Source: Phycisphaerae bacterium (GTDB lineage Bacteria; Planctomycetota; Phycisphaerae; Phycisphaerales; UBA1924). From it: a stretch of DNA of 64,000 nt. Below, in pieces: positions 1 to 8,928 of the stretch. Below the pieces are notes generated by a model. That model did no database searches, was not told the DNA's origin, and worked only from the letters and a program-made list of their open reading frames with translations. The position numbers and the translations under genes were made by a program. Every line of letters begins with the position of its first letter. Position 1 is the stretch's first letter. The stretch spans positions 294,380 to 358,379 of the forward strand of contig BJHL01000001.1 in assembly GCA_014192545.1 (NCBI GenBank). The letters are read 5' to 3'.

Positions 1-738
1 TGCTATGCCGTTTGTCCGATCGCCTTTGGGCTGTTTGTCTGGTGGCTGGTTGCGGGCATCAGGGAGTATCGCAAGTCGCGGGTATTGTTCAAGCACGCGA
101 GCGGGTTGTATGATGAGCACGGCGGACTCACAACACAGAATACACGGCTCGCGCAATTGCGAGGGCATCTCGCGGGTTGGAAGCTCATCGCATCAAGCGA
201 CACCGTGTTGCATCTCACGCAAGATCGCACGTCCGCACAGGTGCGGACTAAAAAGTTTTGGCAGGTCGCGGCTGGCGTTGGTTTCGGGTTGCTTTTCGCC
301 GCTTGCATTTGGAACTTGGGATGGGGAGTTTCCGTCGGCAGCGGATCTGTCTCAGCATTCAAGCTCAAATTGCTCGTATGGGCGATGCCGCTGATATCGC
401 TCGGGCTGATCATCGCGTCACTCGTGCCGACGACGGTTGAATTCGCAGCAGATGCCGACGCGCAGCCGGAGATTCTGATCGAATACGTAACGCTGAAAGG
501 TGTTCGCACTGAGACATTTGAGGCGGCAGATATTGAAGCTTTACGGAACAGTGACGTCAGTCTGGAAGCGAGATTGCGGTCTGGCGAAACGGCGCAGCTG
601 ATTTTGATGTTGTCACTTGATCATGCGAGTCGCGATAAGCGGGTCGCGGAAATGATGAAAAACATCATGCGCGTGCGGATGGAGCTGTTGCTCGAGGCCG
701 TCGAGCGGATTGTGAAGTTGAAGTCGTCAGCAAACTGA
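1..738 (+). CDS. Hypothetical membrane protein, 5'-partial (enters the window in frame; possibly a bacterial-PH/YdbT-like protein)
   Basis: Frame 1 is open from nt 1 with no stop until TGA at 736-738. Hydrophobic segments (FGLFVWWLVAG, GFGLLFAACIW, LLVWAMPLISLGLIIASL) are present. An intrinsic terminator follows directly. Confidence 0.4.
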   Translation, partial: CYAVCPIAFGLFVWWLVAGIREYRKSRVLFKHASGLYDEHGGLTTQNTRLAQLRGHLAGWKLIASSDTVLHLTQDRTSAQVRTKKFWQVAAGVGFGLLFAACIWNLGWGVSVGSGSVSAFKLKLLVWAMPLISLGLIIASLVPTTVEFAADADAQPEILIEYVTLKGVRTETFEAADIEALRNSDVSLEARLRSGETAQLILMLSLDHASRDKRVAEMMKNIMRVRMELLLEAVERIVKLKSSAN

Positions 739-772
739 AAAAGCCCCGCGATTGCTCGCGGGGCTTTGAGTT
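739..772. terminator. Bidirectional rho-independent terminator (AGCCCCGCG-attgct-CGCGGGGCT flanked by an A-run and a T-run)
   Basis: A perfect 9-bp stem at 742-750/757-765 is followed by TTTGAGTT on the plus strand and by a TTTTTCA run on the minus strand. It sits between the convergent 3' ends of the upstream gene and ppdK. Confidence 0.6.
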
Positions 773-835
773 ATGCTGACCTACTTGTCTCGAAGTACTC
801 GGAATTCTGCCGTCCCGGAGGGGCGGCCCACCAAC

Positions 836-3598
836 TTACTTCTTCTTCGGGCTTTCAACCATCAACGCTGCCTGGGCGGCGGCGAGGCGGGCGATGGGCA
901 CGCGGAAGGGTGAGCAGCTCACGTAGTCCATGCCGACCTTGTGGCAGAAGTGGACGCTCTTGGGATCGCCGCCGTGTTCGCCGCAGATGCCGACTTTGAG
1001 ATCGCTGCGGGTCTTGCGGCCCTTGGTGATGCCGATATCGATGAGTTGGCCCACGCCGCCCGTGTCGAGGGTTTGGAACGGATCGGCGGGGAGAATTTCC
1101 TTGCCGAGGTAGTCAGGCAGGAAGGTGCCCACGTCGTCACGCGAGTAGCCGAAGGTCATTTGCGTGAGGTCGTTGGTACCGAAGCTGAAGAAGTCTGCCT
1201 TCTCGGCGATTTCGTCGGCCGTGATCGCAGCGCGAGGAATCTCGATCATCGTGCCGATCTTGATATCAAGGCGCGGCTTGTAGTCTTCCGCATCCTTCAC
1301 GGCGGCGATGGTCGCTTCGACCTGGTCGCGCAGGTACGCGAGTTCCTTCTTGGTGCCAACCAAGGGGATCATGATCTCAGGCAGAGCCTTGATGCTGCTG
1401 CGCAGACAGTCAATGGTTGCTTCGACAATTGCACGAACCTGCATGTCGAGAATTTCGGGATAGGTCACGCACAGACGACAGCCGCGGTGGCCCAGCATGG
1501 GGTTGGCCTCATGCAAAGCAGCAACGCGCTGCTTCACCTTCGCCACGGGAATGCCCATGAGGTGAGCCAATTCGCTCTGCTGCTTGTCCTCGTGCGGCAC
1601 GAACTCGTGCAGGGGCGGATCGATGAGGCGGATGGTGACGGGCATGCCCTTCATGGCTTTGAAGAGGCCGATGAAGTCATCACGCTGATACGGGAGCAGC
1701 TTGTCGAGGGCCTTGATGCGGTCTTCGCGGGTTTCGCTCAGAATCATCTGACGCATCGCCTTGATGCGGTCGCCTTCGAAGAACATGTGCTCGGTGCGGC
1801 AAAGGCCAATGCCTTCGGCGCCGAAATCGCGAGCGCGCTGCGCGTCTTCAGGCGTGTCGGCGTTGGTGCGAACACCCAGCGTGCGATACTTGTCGCTCCA
1901 CTTCATCACTTGAGCAAAGTCGCCGCCCAGCTTGGGCTCCATGGTGGGCACGCTGCCTGCCATGACTTCGCCGCTGGTGCCGTCGATGCTGATGACATCT
2001 TCGCGGGTGAACTTCTTGCCCTTGATGACGAGCACGCCCTTGGCAGTGTCAATTTCAAGTTCGCCTGCGCCCACAACGCAGCACTTGCCCCAGCCGCAAG
2101 CAACGACTGCCGCGTGGCTGGTGCGTCCGCCGGTGCTGGTGAGAATGCCCGCCGCGCTGTGCATGCCTTCGATATCTTCGGGGCTGGTTTCCTTGCGAAT
2201 CAGAATGACTTTTTCGCCCTTGCCGGTGCGTTCAACGGCTTCGTGAGCCGTGAAGGCGAGCTTGCCCACAGCCGCGCCGGGGCTGGCGGGAATGCCGCGG
2301 GTCAGGACTTCAACGCTCTTCTTCTTCGCAGCGTCAAAGCTGGGGAGCAGAAGCTGCGTGAGGTCGGCCGCGGGAATGCGGAGGATGGCGGTCTTTTCGT
2401 CGATCAGCTTTTCACGCACCATGTCGCAGGCGATGCGGACCGAGGCGGTGCCGTTGCGCTTGCCGTTGCGGGTTTGCAGCATGTAGAGCTTGCCGCGTTC
2501 GATGGTGAACTCGATGTCCTGCATGTCCTTGTAGTGCTTCTCGAGCTTGGTCTTGATTTCGAGAAGTTGCTTGTAAACGTCCTTGTTCCACTTGGGCATC
2601 TGATCCACGCTCAGCGGCGTGCGGATGCCGGCAACCACGTCTTCGCCTTGCGCGTCGATCAGGTATTCGCCGTAGAAAGCGTTCTCGCCCGTGGCAGGGT
2701 TACGCGTGAAGGCCACGCCTGTGCCGCTGTCTTGGCCCATGTTGCCGTAGACCATGGTTTGGACGTTCACGGCAGTGCCGTTGAGGCCTTGAATGCCTTG
2801 GATGCGGCGATAGCTGATGGCGCGATCGCCGTTCCAGCTCTTGAAAACGGCTTCGATGGCGAGCTCAAGCTGCTTGAAGGGGTTCTGGGGGAAGACTTCG
2901 CCCACGTACTTTTGATAAACAGTCTTGTACGCTTCGCACAGTTCGATCATGCCTTGCTCGGGCACGTCGGTGTCGGCCGTCACGTTGTACTTGGTCTTGA
3001 TCTTGTTGAACGCTTCTTCAAAGTGATGGTGATCGACATTCATCACCACGTCGCCGAACATGTTGATGAGCCGGCGATACGCGTCGTACGCGAAGCGGGC
3101 GTTCTTGGTGCTGTTGGCAAGGCCAACGACAGCAAGGTCAGTCAGGCCCAGGTTGAGGATGGTGTCCATCATGCCGGGCATGCTGACGGCAGCGCCCGAG
3201 CGAACGCTGACGAGCAGCGGGTTGTGGTTGTCACCAAACTTCTTGCCGGTTTCCTTTTCGAGGTTGTTGATGTTGCGCTGGACCTCGTTCATGAGGCCGT
3301 GGGGCAAGCGCTGGCCGTTGCGGTAGTAGGCGGCACAGGTATCGGTGGTGATGGTGAGGCCTGGGGGAACGGGCAGACCGATGCTGGTCATGTCGGCGAG
3401 GTTGGCACCTTTGCCGCCCAGCAGGACCTTCATGTCAGCCGTGCCTTCGGTCTTGATCTTGCCGAAGTAGAAGACCATTTTCGTGGGCTTGTTGCGGAGG
3501 CTGGGGCCGCCGGGCGGAATATCGATCTTGCCATTGAGTTTGCTTTTGGGAGCAACAGCGACGGCGGACTTACCTTTGGCCTTGACAGTCTTGGGCAT
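836..3598 (-). CDS. ppdK: Pyruvate, phosphate dikinase (PPDK)
   Basis: Full-length PEP-utilising enzyme with an ATP-grasp N-domain, the central phospho-His region (GGRTSHAAVVA) and a C-terminal PEP/pyruvate domain (CGE...MDYVSCSP). A Lys-rich 40-aa N-terminal extension precedes MVFYFG, and an alternative ATG start lies at 3478. Confidence 0.9.
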   Translation of the reverse strand: MPKTVKAKGKSAVAVAPKSKLNGKIDIPPGGPSLRNKPTKMVFYFGKIKTEGTADMKVLLGGKGANLADMTSIGLPVPPGLTITTDTCAAYYRNGQRLPHGLMNEVQRNINNLEKETGKKFGDNHNPLLVSVRSGAAVSMPGMMDTILNLGLTDLAVVGLANSTKNARFAYDAYRRLINMFGDVVMNVDHHHFEEAFNKIKTKYNVTADTDVPEQGMIELCEAYKTVYQKYVGEVFPQNPFKQLELAIEAVFKSWNGDRAISYRRIQGIQGLNGTAVNVQTMVYGNMGQDSGTGVAFTRNPATGENAFYGEYLIDAQGEDVVAGIRTPLSVDQMPKWNKDVYKQLLEIKTKLEKHYKDMQDIEFTIERGKLYMLQTRNGKRNGTASVRIACDMVREKLIDEKTAILRIPAADLTQLLLPSFDAAKKKSVEVLTRGIPASPGAAVGKLAFTAHEAVERTGKGEKVILIRKETSPEDIEGMHSAAGILTSTGGRTSHAAVVACGWGKCCVVGAGELEIDTAKGVLVIKGKKFTREDVISIDGTSGEVMAGSVPTMEPKLGGDFAQVMKWSDKYRTLGVRTNADTPEDAQRARDFGAEGIGLCRTEHMFFEGDRIKAMRQMILSETREDRIKALDKLLPYQRDDFIGLFKAMKGMPVTIRLIDPPLHEFVPHEDKQQSELAHLMGIPVAKVKQRVAALHEANPMLGHRGCRLCVTYPEILDMQVRAIVEATIDCLRSSIKALPEIMIPLVGTKKELAYLRDQVEATIAAVKDAEDYKPRLDIKIGTMIEIPRAAITADEIAEKADFFSFGTNDLTQMTFGYSRDDVGTFLPDYLGKEILPADPFQTLDTGGVGQLIDIGITKGRKTRSDLKVGICGEHGGDPKSVHFCHKVGMDYVSCSPFRVPIARLAAAQAALMVESPKKK

Positions 3599-3847
3599 CG
3601 GGGAACCTTTGTGAACGTGGCGGGCGTGAACGCGGCGGAAACCCGCGTGCAGCCAGCCGCTATGCGTGCGTACCTTCCCGCTGCGGATCGGAACTCAGGT
3701 CGGGCTTGGGGCCTTGCCTGCGAACCGCTGGCGACATCAAAGTCGCTGAAATGCGGGCGAAAAGTTTAGGTGACACACGAGCGGAATTCTTCGTGAAGCG
3801 ACGTGCAAGTAGCGGTAACTTTGCGTTGATTTCACACCATCACACCT

Positions 3848-5200
3848 TTGGATGTATCGTTCAACCAGTTGCAAACAAACACGTTGCGTCAACTTAGCCC
3901 CACGCAAGCACCGGCTGGCGACCCCGCAAGGCTTCTGCGTCACTGGCCTGCGGAAGTGCCTTTGGCGGTGTTGTGGTCTGGGGGCGAGCCTGCCAAGTCT
4001 CGTTGGACGGTGCTGGGAAGCGTGAGCCAAGAGTCGATCCCGCGTGCGCAAGATCTCGCGGGGTTGATCCAACTGCTGGTCAAGCAGCCGGGGCTCGCGG
4101 TGCCACTGCGAACGTCGCCTGTGCATGGGAATTACACGCCTCCATTCGCTGGCGGGTGGATGCTGGCGATGTCGTATGAACTCGGAAGCGTGTTTGAGCC
4201 GTCAGCTCGCGATGTGGGTTCACGCAAACAACTTGCATGGCCCGTGTTGGTGTCACAGCGAATCGATAACGCGTACATCTTTGATCATGCTCGGCAGTTG
4301 TGGTGGGCGGTGGGGTCGCCGCCAAAGCTCAGTGCCGAGCCCGCGCCTGCGGCGTTTGAAGTCGGCACGCTCATGAGCAACATGGGTGACGGCGAGTACA
4401 TGCGGCGCGTGCGGCGTGTGCTGGAGTACATCCGCGCGGGCGATGTGTATCAAGTCAATCTCGCGCATCGCTTGCGAGGCAGTTTTTCGGGCTCGCGACG
4501 CGGATTGTTTCAGAATCTGGTCAACGCTGCAGCCCCGTGGATGGGCGCGTACATGGAATTTGATGATGGCGACGTGCCTTGCGCAATCGCCAGCGCGAGC
4601 CCGGAGTTGTTTGTCGAGTACTCGCCCGTCTCGCGCCGCATCACAACCCGCCCCATGAAAGGCACGCGCCGCGGCGATGCTTCGGCGTCGCAAGCCGGCG
4701 AACTGCGCGAGAGCGTGAAGGACCAAGCCGAACTCACCATGATCGTGGACTTGATGCGCAATGATCTTGGTCGCATCAGCGAACTTGGCAGCGTTCGCGT
4801 CGAGACCCCGCGTGATATTGAGTCGCACGGCGCGGGCACCTCGGGCGTGCTGCAAGCGACGGCGACCGTTTCGGCAACGCCCAACGCCGGTGTAACGTGG
4901 CTGGACGTGTTCCGCATGATTTTTCCAGGCGGCAGTGTGACAGGCGCACCGAAAATTCGCGCGATGCAGATCATCGACGAGCTCGAGCCCCATCCGCGCG
5001 GGCCTTACTGCGGCGCAATCGGATACATCAGCGACTGCGGCCACGCCGCGTTCAATATCGCCATCCGCACCGCTTGCGTCCGCGGCGAAACCGTGGACTA
5101 CAGCGTCGGCGCCGGACTTGTCGCAGACAGCGACCCGGCGAGTGAATGGGATGAAACACTGCTGAAAGCCGGCGTGATGCGTGCGGCGATTGGCAAGTGA
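3848..5200 (+). CDS. pabB: Chorismate-binding enzyme, aminodeoxychorismate synthase component I-like (PabB/TrpE family)
   Basis: Carries the chorismate-binding enzyme signatures (PGGSVTGAPK, GPYCGAIGY, IRT) and a short N-terminal domain typical of PabB. It has a TTG start, and the exact start is uncertain. Confidence 0.7.
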   Translation: MDVSFNQLQTNTLRQLSPTQAPAGDPARLLRHWPAEVPLAVLWSGGEPAKSRWTVLGSVSQESIPRAQDLAGLIQLLVKQPGLAVPLRTSPVHGNYTPPFAGGWMLAMSYELGSVFEPSARDVGSRKQLAWPVLVSQRIDNAYIFDHARQLWWAVGSPPKLSAEPAPAAFEVGTLMSNMGDGEYMRRVRRVLEYIRAGDVYQVNLAHRLRGSFSGSRRGLFQNLVNAAAPWMGAYMEFDDGDVPCAIASASPELFVEYSPVSRRITTRPMKGTRRGDASASQAGELRESVKDQAELTMIVDLMRNDLGRISELGSVRVETPRDIESHGAGTSGVLQATATVSATPNAGVTWLDVFRMIFPGGSVTGAPKIRAMQIIDELEPHPRGPYCGAIGYISDCGHAAFNIAIRTACVRGETVDYSVGAGLVADSDPASEWDETLLKAGVMRAAIGK

Positions 5201-5216
5201 TCCGCGAACCACAAAC

Positions 5217-5690
5217 TCACCGCGATACACGCAGCAGCGGCTCAGTCGCGTCGCCTCGCATCACGCTCGCGGCCTCGCGCAGCGCGAGCTTCTGGCCAGG
5301 CCAGAGAAACATGTCATCGATCTTGGCTTCTTGCACCCAGCGATGCTGGTCGTGCTCTTCGTTCAGCGTGGGCTTCCACGTGGGCGTCACTTCAATCAGA
5401 AATCGCGGACTCATCATGATGCAATCTTGCTTGGCGATGTAAAACGGATGCACCTGCTCCAGCGCCCACGCGCCGATGATGGCCTGATCGTCAGCCAGCA
5501 GCCCCGCCTCTTCCCACAATTCACGCCACATGGCCTTCGCCGTCGCTTCGCCCTGCTCAATGTGGCCCATGATGGGCTGCCACGTGTGCGCTAGCGGCTC
5601 TTGCACGCGGCGAAACTGCAGAAACTCCAGCCCCAGCGTGGCACGCCGCGCGATGTAGATGTCGAGAACGTCGGTGCGAAGCGTGGGCAT
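5217..5690 (-). CDS. NUDIX hydrolase with an intact Nudix box (possibly NudB-like dihydroneopterin triphosphate pyrophosphatase, given the pabB neighbour)
   Basis: The canonical Nudix box G-HIEQG-E-ATAKAMW-RE-LWEE-AGL is present. Start is assigned to the ATG at 5688-5690, although the ORF extends to a TTG at 5696. Confidence 0.65.
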   Translation of the reverse strand: MPTLRTDVLDIYIARRATLGLEFLQFRRVQEPLAHTWQPIMGHIEQGEATAKAMWRELWEEAGLLADDQAIIGAWALEQVHPFYIAKQDCIMMSPRFLIEVTPTWKPTLNEEHDQHRWVQEAKIDDMFLWPGQKLALREAASVMRGDATEPLLRVSR

Positions 5691-5724
5691 GGGCAACGGT
5701 AGTGAGGTCGCTTATGCTTTGATC

Positions 5725-6303
5725 ATGGGGACTGCAAACAAGTCGAAACTTGAACGCACAAAAGCGAAGCCGCTCGTCATTTGGGCTTTGGTAGTTGCAA
5801 TATTGCTGCTTGGGGTCGCATCACTTTTCTCGTGGGTGAGCTACCAGTTCTCCAACAACAGCTACAAGGTCACGAACGTATTGCAACTGACAAACAACGC
5901 CGTATCGTTTCAGACCCAGGGCACGCCACCGCCACGCGTCGACCTCTGTGATGGAGCAATCATCTTCGCTTGGGGATCGAACGGGCGTTCAGCCAAACCG
6001 TTGTTTGGCAACTTGTGCGGCTATGACCCACTTCTGAATTCCAAATACTCCGGTGTCGATGAGGGCTTCGTTCTCGTTGGATTTGGCTTCAATGGCGTAC
6101 ACCTAGTACCGAAAGTGTCGTTCGACATACTTGTACTGCCTCTGTGGATACCGCCTGCAATCATTGTTCTCGTCGTCCTGATCCGCAGATGGATGCGCAA
6201 GCCTCCCTACGCGTGTCGATCTTGTGGTTACGACTTGCGTGGGACCGCTGCGCCAGTGTGCCCGGAATGTGCTCACCCGGTCTTCGCCGTGCCGAAGAAG
6301 TGA
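5725..6303 (+). CDS. Bitopic membrane protein with a C-terminal CxxC...CPEC zinc ribbon (paralog A of the family also found at 29306-31001)
   Basis: Has an N-terminal TM helix (PLVIWALVVAILLLGVASLFSWV), a Cys/Gly-rich middle domain, a second TM helix (ILVLPLWIPPAIIVLVVLI), and the tail RRWMRKPPYACRSCGYDLRGTAAPVCPECAHP. Alternative starts lie at 5659 and 5689. Confidence 0.55.
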   Translation: MGTANKSKLERTKAKPLVIWALVVAILLLGVASLFSWVSYQFSNNSYKVTNVLQLTNNAVSFQTQGTPPPRVDLCDGAIIFAWGSNGRSAKPLFGNLCGYDPLLNSKYSGVDEGFVLVGFGFNGVHLVPKVSFDILVLPLWIPPAIIVLVVLIRRWMRKPPYACRSCGYDLRGTAAPVCPECAHPVFAVPKK

Positions 6304-6304
6304 C

Positions 6305-7897
6305 TCACACCTCAATCCCCTGCCCCAACTCCACCATCGGCTGGCTCGTCAAACCAAAATCCACACCCAGCGAGCGAGCCGCCGTCACGCCGCTCATCAA
6401 GACCATCGGCACGCCCGGCCCTGGGTTCGCGCTGCCGCCCGCGAGGTACATGTTCTTGAAAACTCGGCTGCGGTTCTTGGGTTTGAAGCCGCCCTTGAGT
6501 TTGCCGTGGCTCGCAAGGCCATAAATCGCGCCGCCTTCGGCGTTGTACATGCGATCAATGCTCTGCGGCGTCAAGTGCTTTTCAACCACGATGTGGTGCT
6601 CGATGTCAGGGCAGCCCATGCGTTTCATCTTGTCCATCACCACGGGGCGATACTGCTCGAGCAAGCCGCCCGGACCCTCCCACCGCTGGCCGGGCCGCAT
6701 GTAAGGCGTGTGAATGAGGATGTAAAGTGCCTCGCAGCCTTTGGGAGCTTGCGTCGGGTCGGTTCGGCTGGGCACCGCAAGATACAACGTTGGATCGCGC
6801 GCTGGGATGCCCTTGGCGTAGATGTCATTGAATTCGTCGTGGCTGTTCTTGCTGAAGAGGAAGTCATGGTGCTTGAAGTGGTCGTACTGACGATCAAGCC
6901 CCAGATAAAAAACCACGCCGCTACACGCGGGTGTGTAGTCGGCAGCGATTGATTTCTGCTCGCGCTGCGCGCGGGGCGTCGCGAGCAAGTCGCGATACGT
7001 GCGCTGAATGTCGCAGTTGCTGACAACCGCATCAGCCGTCAACGCGCGACCATCATCAAGGATCACGCCCGTCACAACATTGCCCGCCGTCTCGAGTTTC
7101 TTGACGCCAACGCCCGTAATGACGTTGATGTTGTTCTCGCGCACGATGCGTTCGAGCGTGCGTGCAACACAGCGCGTGCCGCCCGAGGTGCCGTCGGGGC
7201 TCATCGCGTACCAGCAGCCGTGATCCACCTGCGCCGCCGCGATGAGCGACAAAATCGCCGGTGCGAGAAATGGCGAAGAACCAACGTACTGCAAAAAGTG
7301 CTCGCACATTTGCCGCACATGCGGCTCTTTGACGTACTTGCCAATCGTGTCAGCCACCGTCGAATACATCCGCATCGCCATGACATCCCCAAGCAAGCCC
7401 GGCTCGGTGGGCGGCTTCTTCATCATGTCGCCTACGCCGCCCAGATCGCGGTAATAAAAGACCTTCTCCGACAAATGCATCATGCGCCGGCTGTAATTGA
7501 CAAACGCGGCGTACCCATCAGCGGCATCGGTCCCAGGAAACTTGGCATTCAGTTCCTTCTTCATCTCCTCGATCTTCAGGCGCAGATCGATGACTTTGCC
7601 ATTTTCATACATGCAGCGCCACTGCGGATCGAGGTTAATGAGGTTGATGTAATCCTCAACCTTGCGGCCACTGCGGCGGATAATGCCGCGAAGCACCTGT
7701 GGCAGCGTGATGATCGTCGGCCCCATGTCGAACGTGAACCGGCCCCTGGGCGTTTCTTCGGTCAGCACGTTCATCTTGCCGCCAAGATGCTGATTGCGCT
7801 CGATGAGCGTGACCTGCGCGCCCAGCGTGGACAGTTCAACAGCACTGGAAAGACCAGCCAGCCCGCCGCCAATCACGATGACTTTTGCACCAGCCAT
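6305..7897 (-). CDS. Phytoene desaturase-family FAD-dependent oxidoreductase (CrtI-like)
   Basis: N-terminal Rossmann dinucleotide motif VIVIGGGLAGLSSA. Its 530-aa length matches the CrtI/carotenoid-desaturase amine-oxidase fold. The C-terminal motif GGSANPGPGVPMVLMSG is typical of the family, and GGAG lies 7 nt upstream of the ATG. Confidence 0.7.
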   Translation of the reverse strand: MAGAKVIVIGGGLAGLSSAVELSTLGAQVTLIERNQHLGGKMNVLTEETPRGRFTFDMGPTIITLPQVLRGIIRRSGRKVEDYINLINLDPQWRCMYENGKVIDLRLKIEEMKKELNAKFPGTDAADGYAAFVNYSRRMMHLSEKVFYYRDLGGVGDMMKKPPTEPGLLGDVMAMRMYSTVADTIGKYVKEPHVRQMCEHFLQYVGSSPFLAPAILSLIAAAQVDHGCWYAMSPDGTSGGTRCVARTLERIVRENNINVITGVGVKKLETAGNVVTGVILDDGRALTADAVVSNCDIQRTYRDLLATPRAQREQKSIAADYTPACSGVVFYLGLDRQYDHFKHHDFLFSKNSHDEFNDIYAKGIPARDPTLYLAVPSRTDPTQAPKGCEALYILIHTPYMRPGQRWEGPGGLLEQYRPVVMDKMKRMGCPDIEHHIVVEKHLTPQSIDRMYNAEGGAIYGLASHGKLKGGFKPKNRSRVFKNMYLAGGSANPGPGVPMVLMSGVTAARSLGVDFGLTSQPMVELGQGIEV

Positions 7898-8350
7898 GAA
7901 AACTCCAAATGGTCACGAGGCAAGAACGCGATACCGGACCAATATACGGAAGTATTCGCTGGGTCTGAGAAGCCGGCGTCAGGCGAGTTGCAAGTCGGCT
8001 ACGAAATGCAGGCCCGGGAATGACCGGGCTGCAGCCGCAAACCACGAAACGAGCGGGATCTGTGCTGCGATTCGCGCCGCGAGATTGCAAGCAGATTGCG
8101 CGAAAATTCGTGCAAACGTGCCGCAGCAAGCCCGCGCGACCGTGAAGAAAGGCTTCTCTCCCCCGGTTTGCCCACGACGCACGGCTTGCGCGCGCGGGAC
8201 GCGCGAACTCGCGAATCTCGCGCGAGCCACGCATGCGCCACACGTTTGCGTCGATGCCTTTGTGGTTGGTTGTCGTGATGGCCCGCAGGTTTGAAGCCTG
8301 CGTCATCCGAGGCAAGTTGCCTCAGCGGCGATCATCGGAGTGCGCGGAAC

Positions 8351-8842
8351 ATGCAACATCTTCAACTGGGCGATCTTCTCGTCAAGCACAATGTGCTCAC
8401 CAGCCAGCAGCGAGACTTGGTGCTTGAAGCACAAAAGACGCGCGGCGGGCCGTTTGGCGTCATCGCGGAAGAGATGTTTGGCGTTTCGCCCAACGCCGTC
8501 GAGCGTGCATGGGCCGAGCAGTATGCGTCGTTTGCGCCGACGATTGATCCTCGCACCTATCCGGTGCAGTCGCGAGCTCTGGAAGTCGTGAACCGCCGGC
8601 AGGCCTGGCAATTCAAGCTGCTGCCGCTGGAACTGCGAACGGATCGATCCGGCAACCCGATGCTGCTCGCATGCACGACGCAAGAGCACTTGGTGCGGGC
8701 GCTGCGATTTACAGGCTGGAAAGTCGGCCACCAGTGCCAGTTCATTCTCGCCGAGGCTTTGCCACTGGGCGAAGCGATGTGCACGCACTATCCAATGGCC
8801 GGCATGACCGCCGCGAGCATTGGTGACGTGATGGTGGCATGA
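8351..8842 (+). CDS. Stand-alone protein made of two GspE/T2SS-E N-terminal (T2SSE_N/MshEN-like) domains
   Basis: The pattern LGDLLVKHNVLTSQQRDLVLEAQK...GGPFGVIAEEMFGVSPNAVERAWAEQYA is followed by a second repeat (KLLPLEL...MLLACTTQEHLVRALRFTGWKV), which is typical of GSPII_E_N. No ATPase domain is present. Confidence 0.5.
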   Translation: MQHLQLGDLLVKHNVLTSQQRDLVLEAQKTRGGPFGVIAEEMFGVSPNAVERAWAEQYASFAPTIDPRTYPVQSRALEVVNRRQAWQFKLLPLELRTDRSGNPMLLACTTQEHLVRALRFTGWKVGHQCQFILAEALPLGEAMCTHYPMAGMTAASIGDVMVA

Positions 8843-8852
8843 CCAAAAAGCA

Positions 8853-8881
8853 CACGCCCCGAGCGTGATGCCCGGGGCGTG
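8853..8881. terminator. GC-rich hairpin between convergent genes (CACGCCCCG-loop-CGGGGCGTG), without a clear U-tract
   Basis: A perfect 9-bp inverted repeat lies 11 nt after the 8842 stop, and the PEP-CTERM gene on the opposite strand ends at 8929. Confidence 0.35.
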
Positions 8882-8928
8882 CGAAGGAGCGAGGTTGCGA
8901 AATCGTCCTTGAAAGTGTCGTGCGCTAA

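Noticed and set aside
3-509. 168-aa minus-strand ORF at the window start
   Set aside because: It is antisense to a plus-strand frame that stays open from nt 1 and is followed by a clean intrinsic terminator. The composition (Ser/Ala/Thr/Cys-rich) is typical of a GC-rich antisense artefact.
941-3769. 942-aa plus-strand ORF
   Set aside because: Fully antisense to the well-supported ppdK gene. Ala/Gly/Val/Arg-rich low-complexity translation. A classic long shadow ORF in a high-GC genome.
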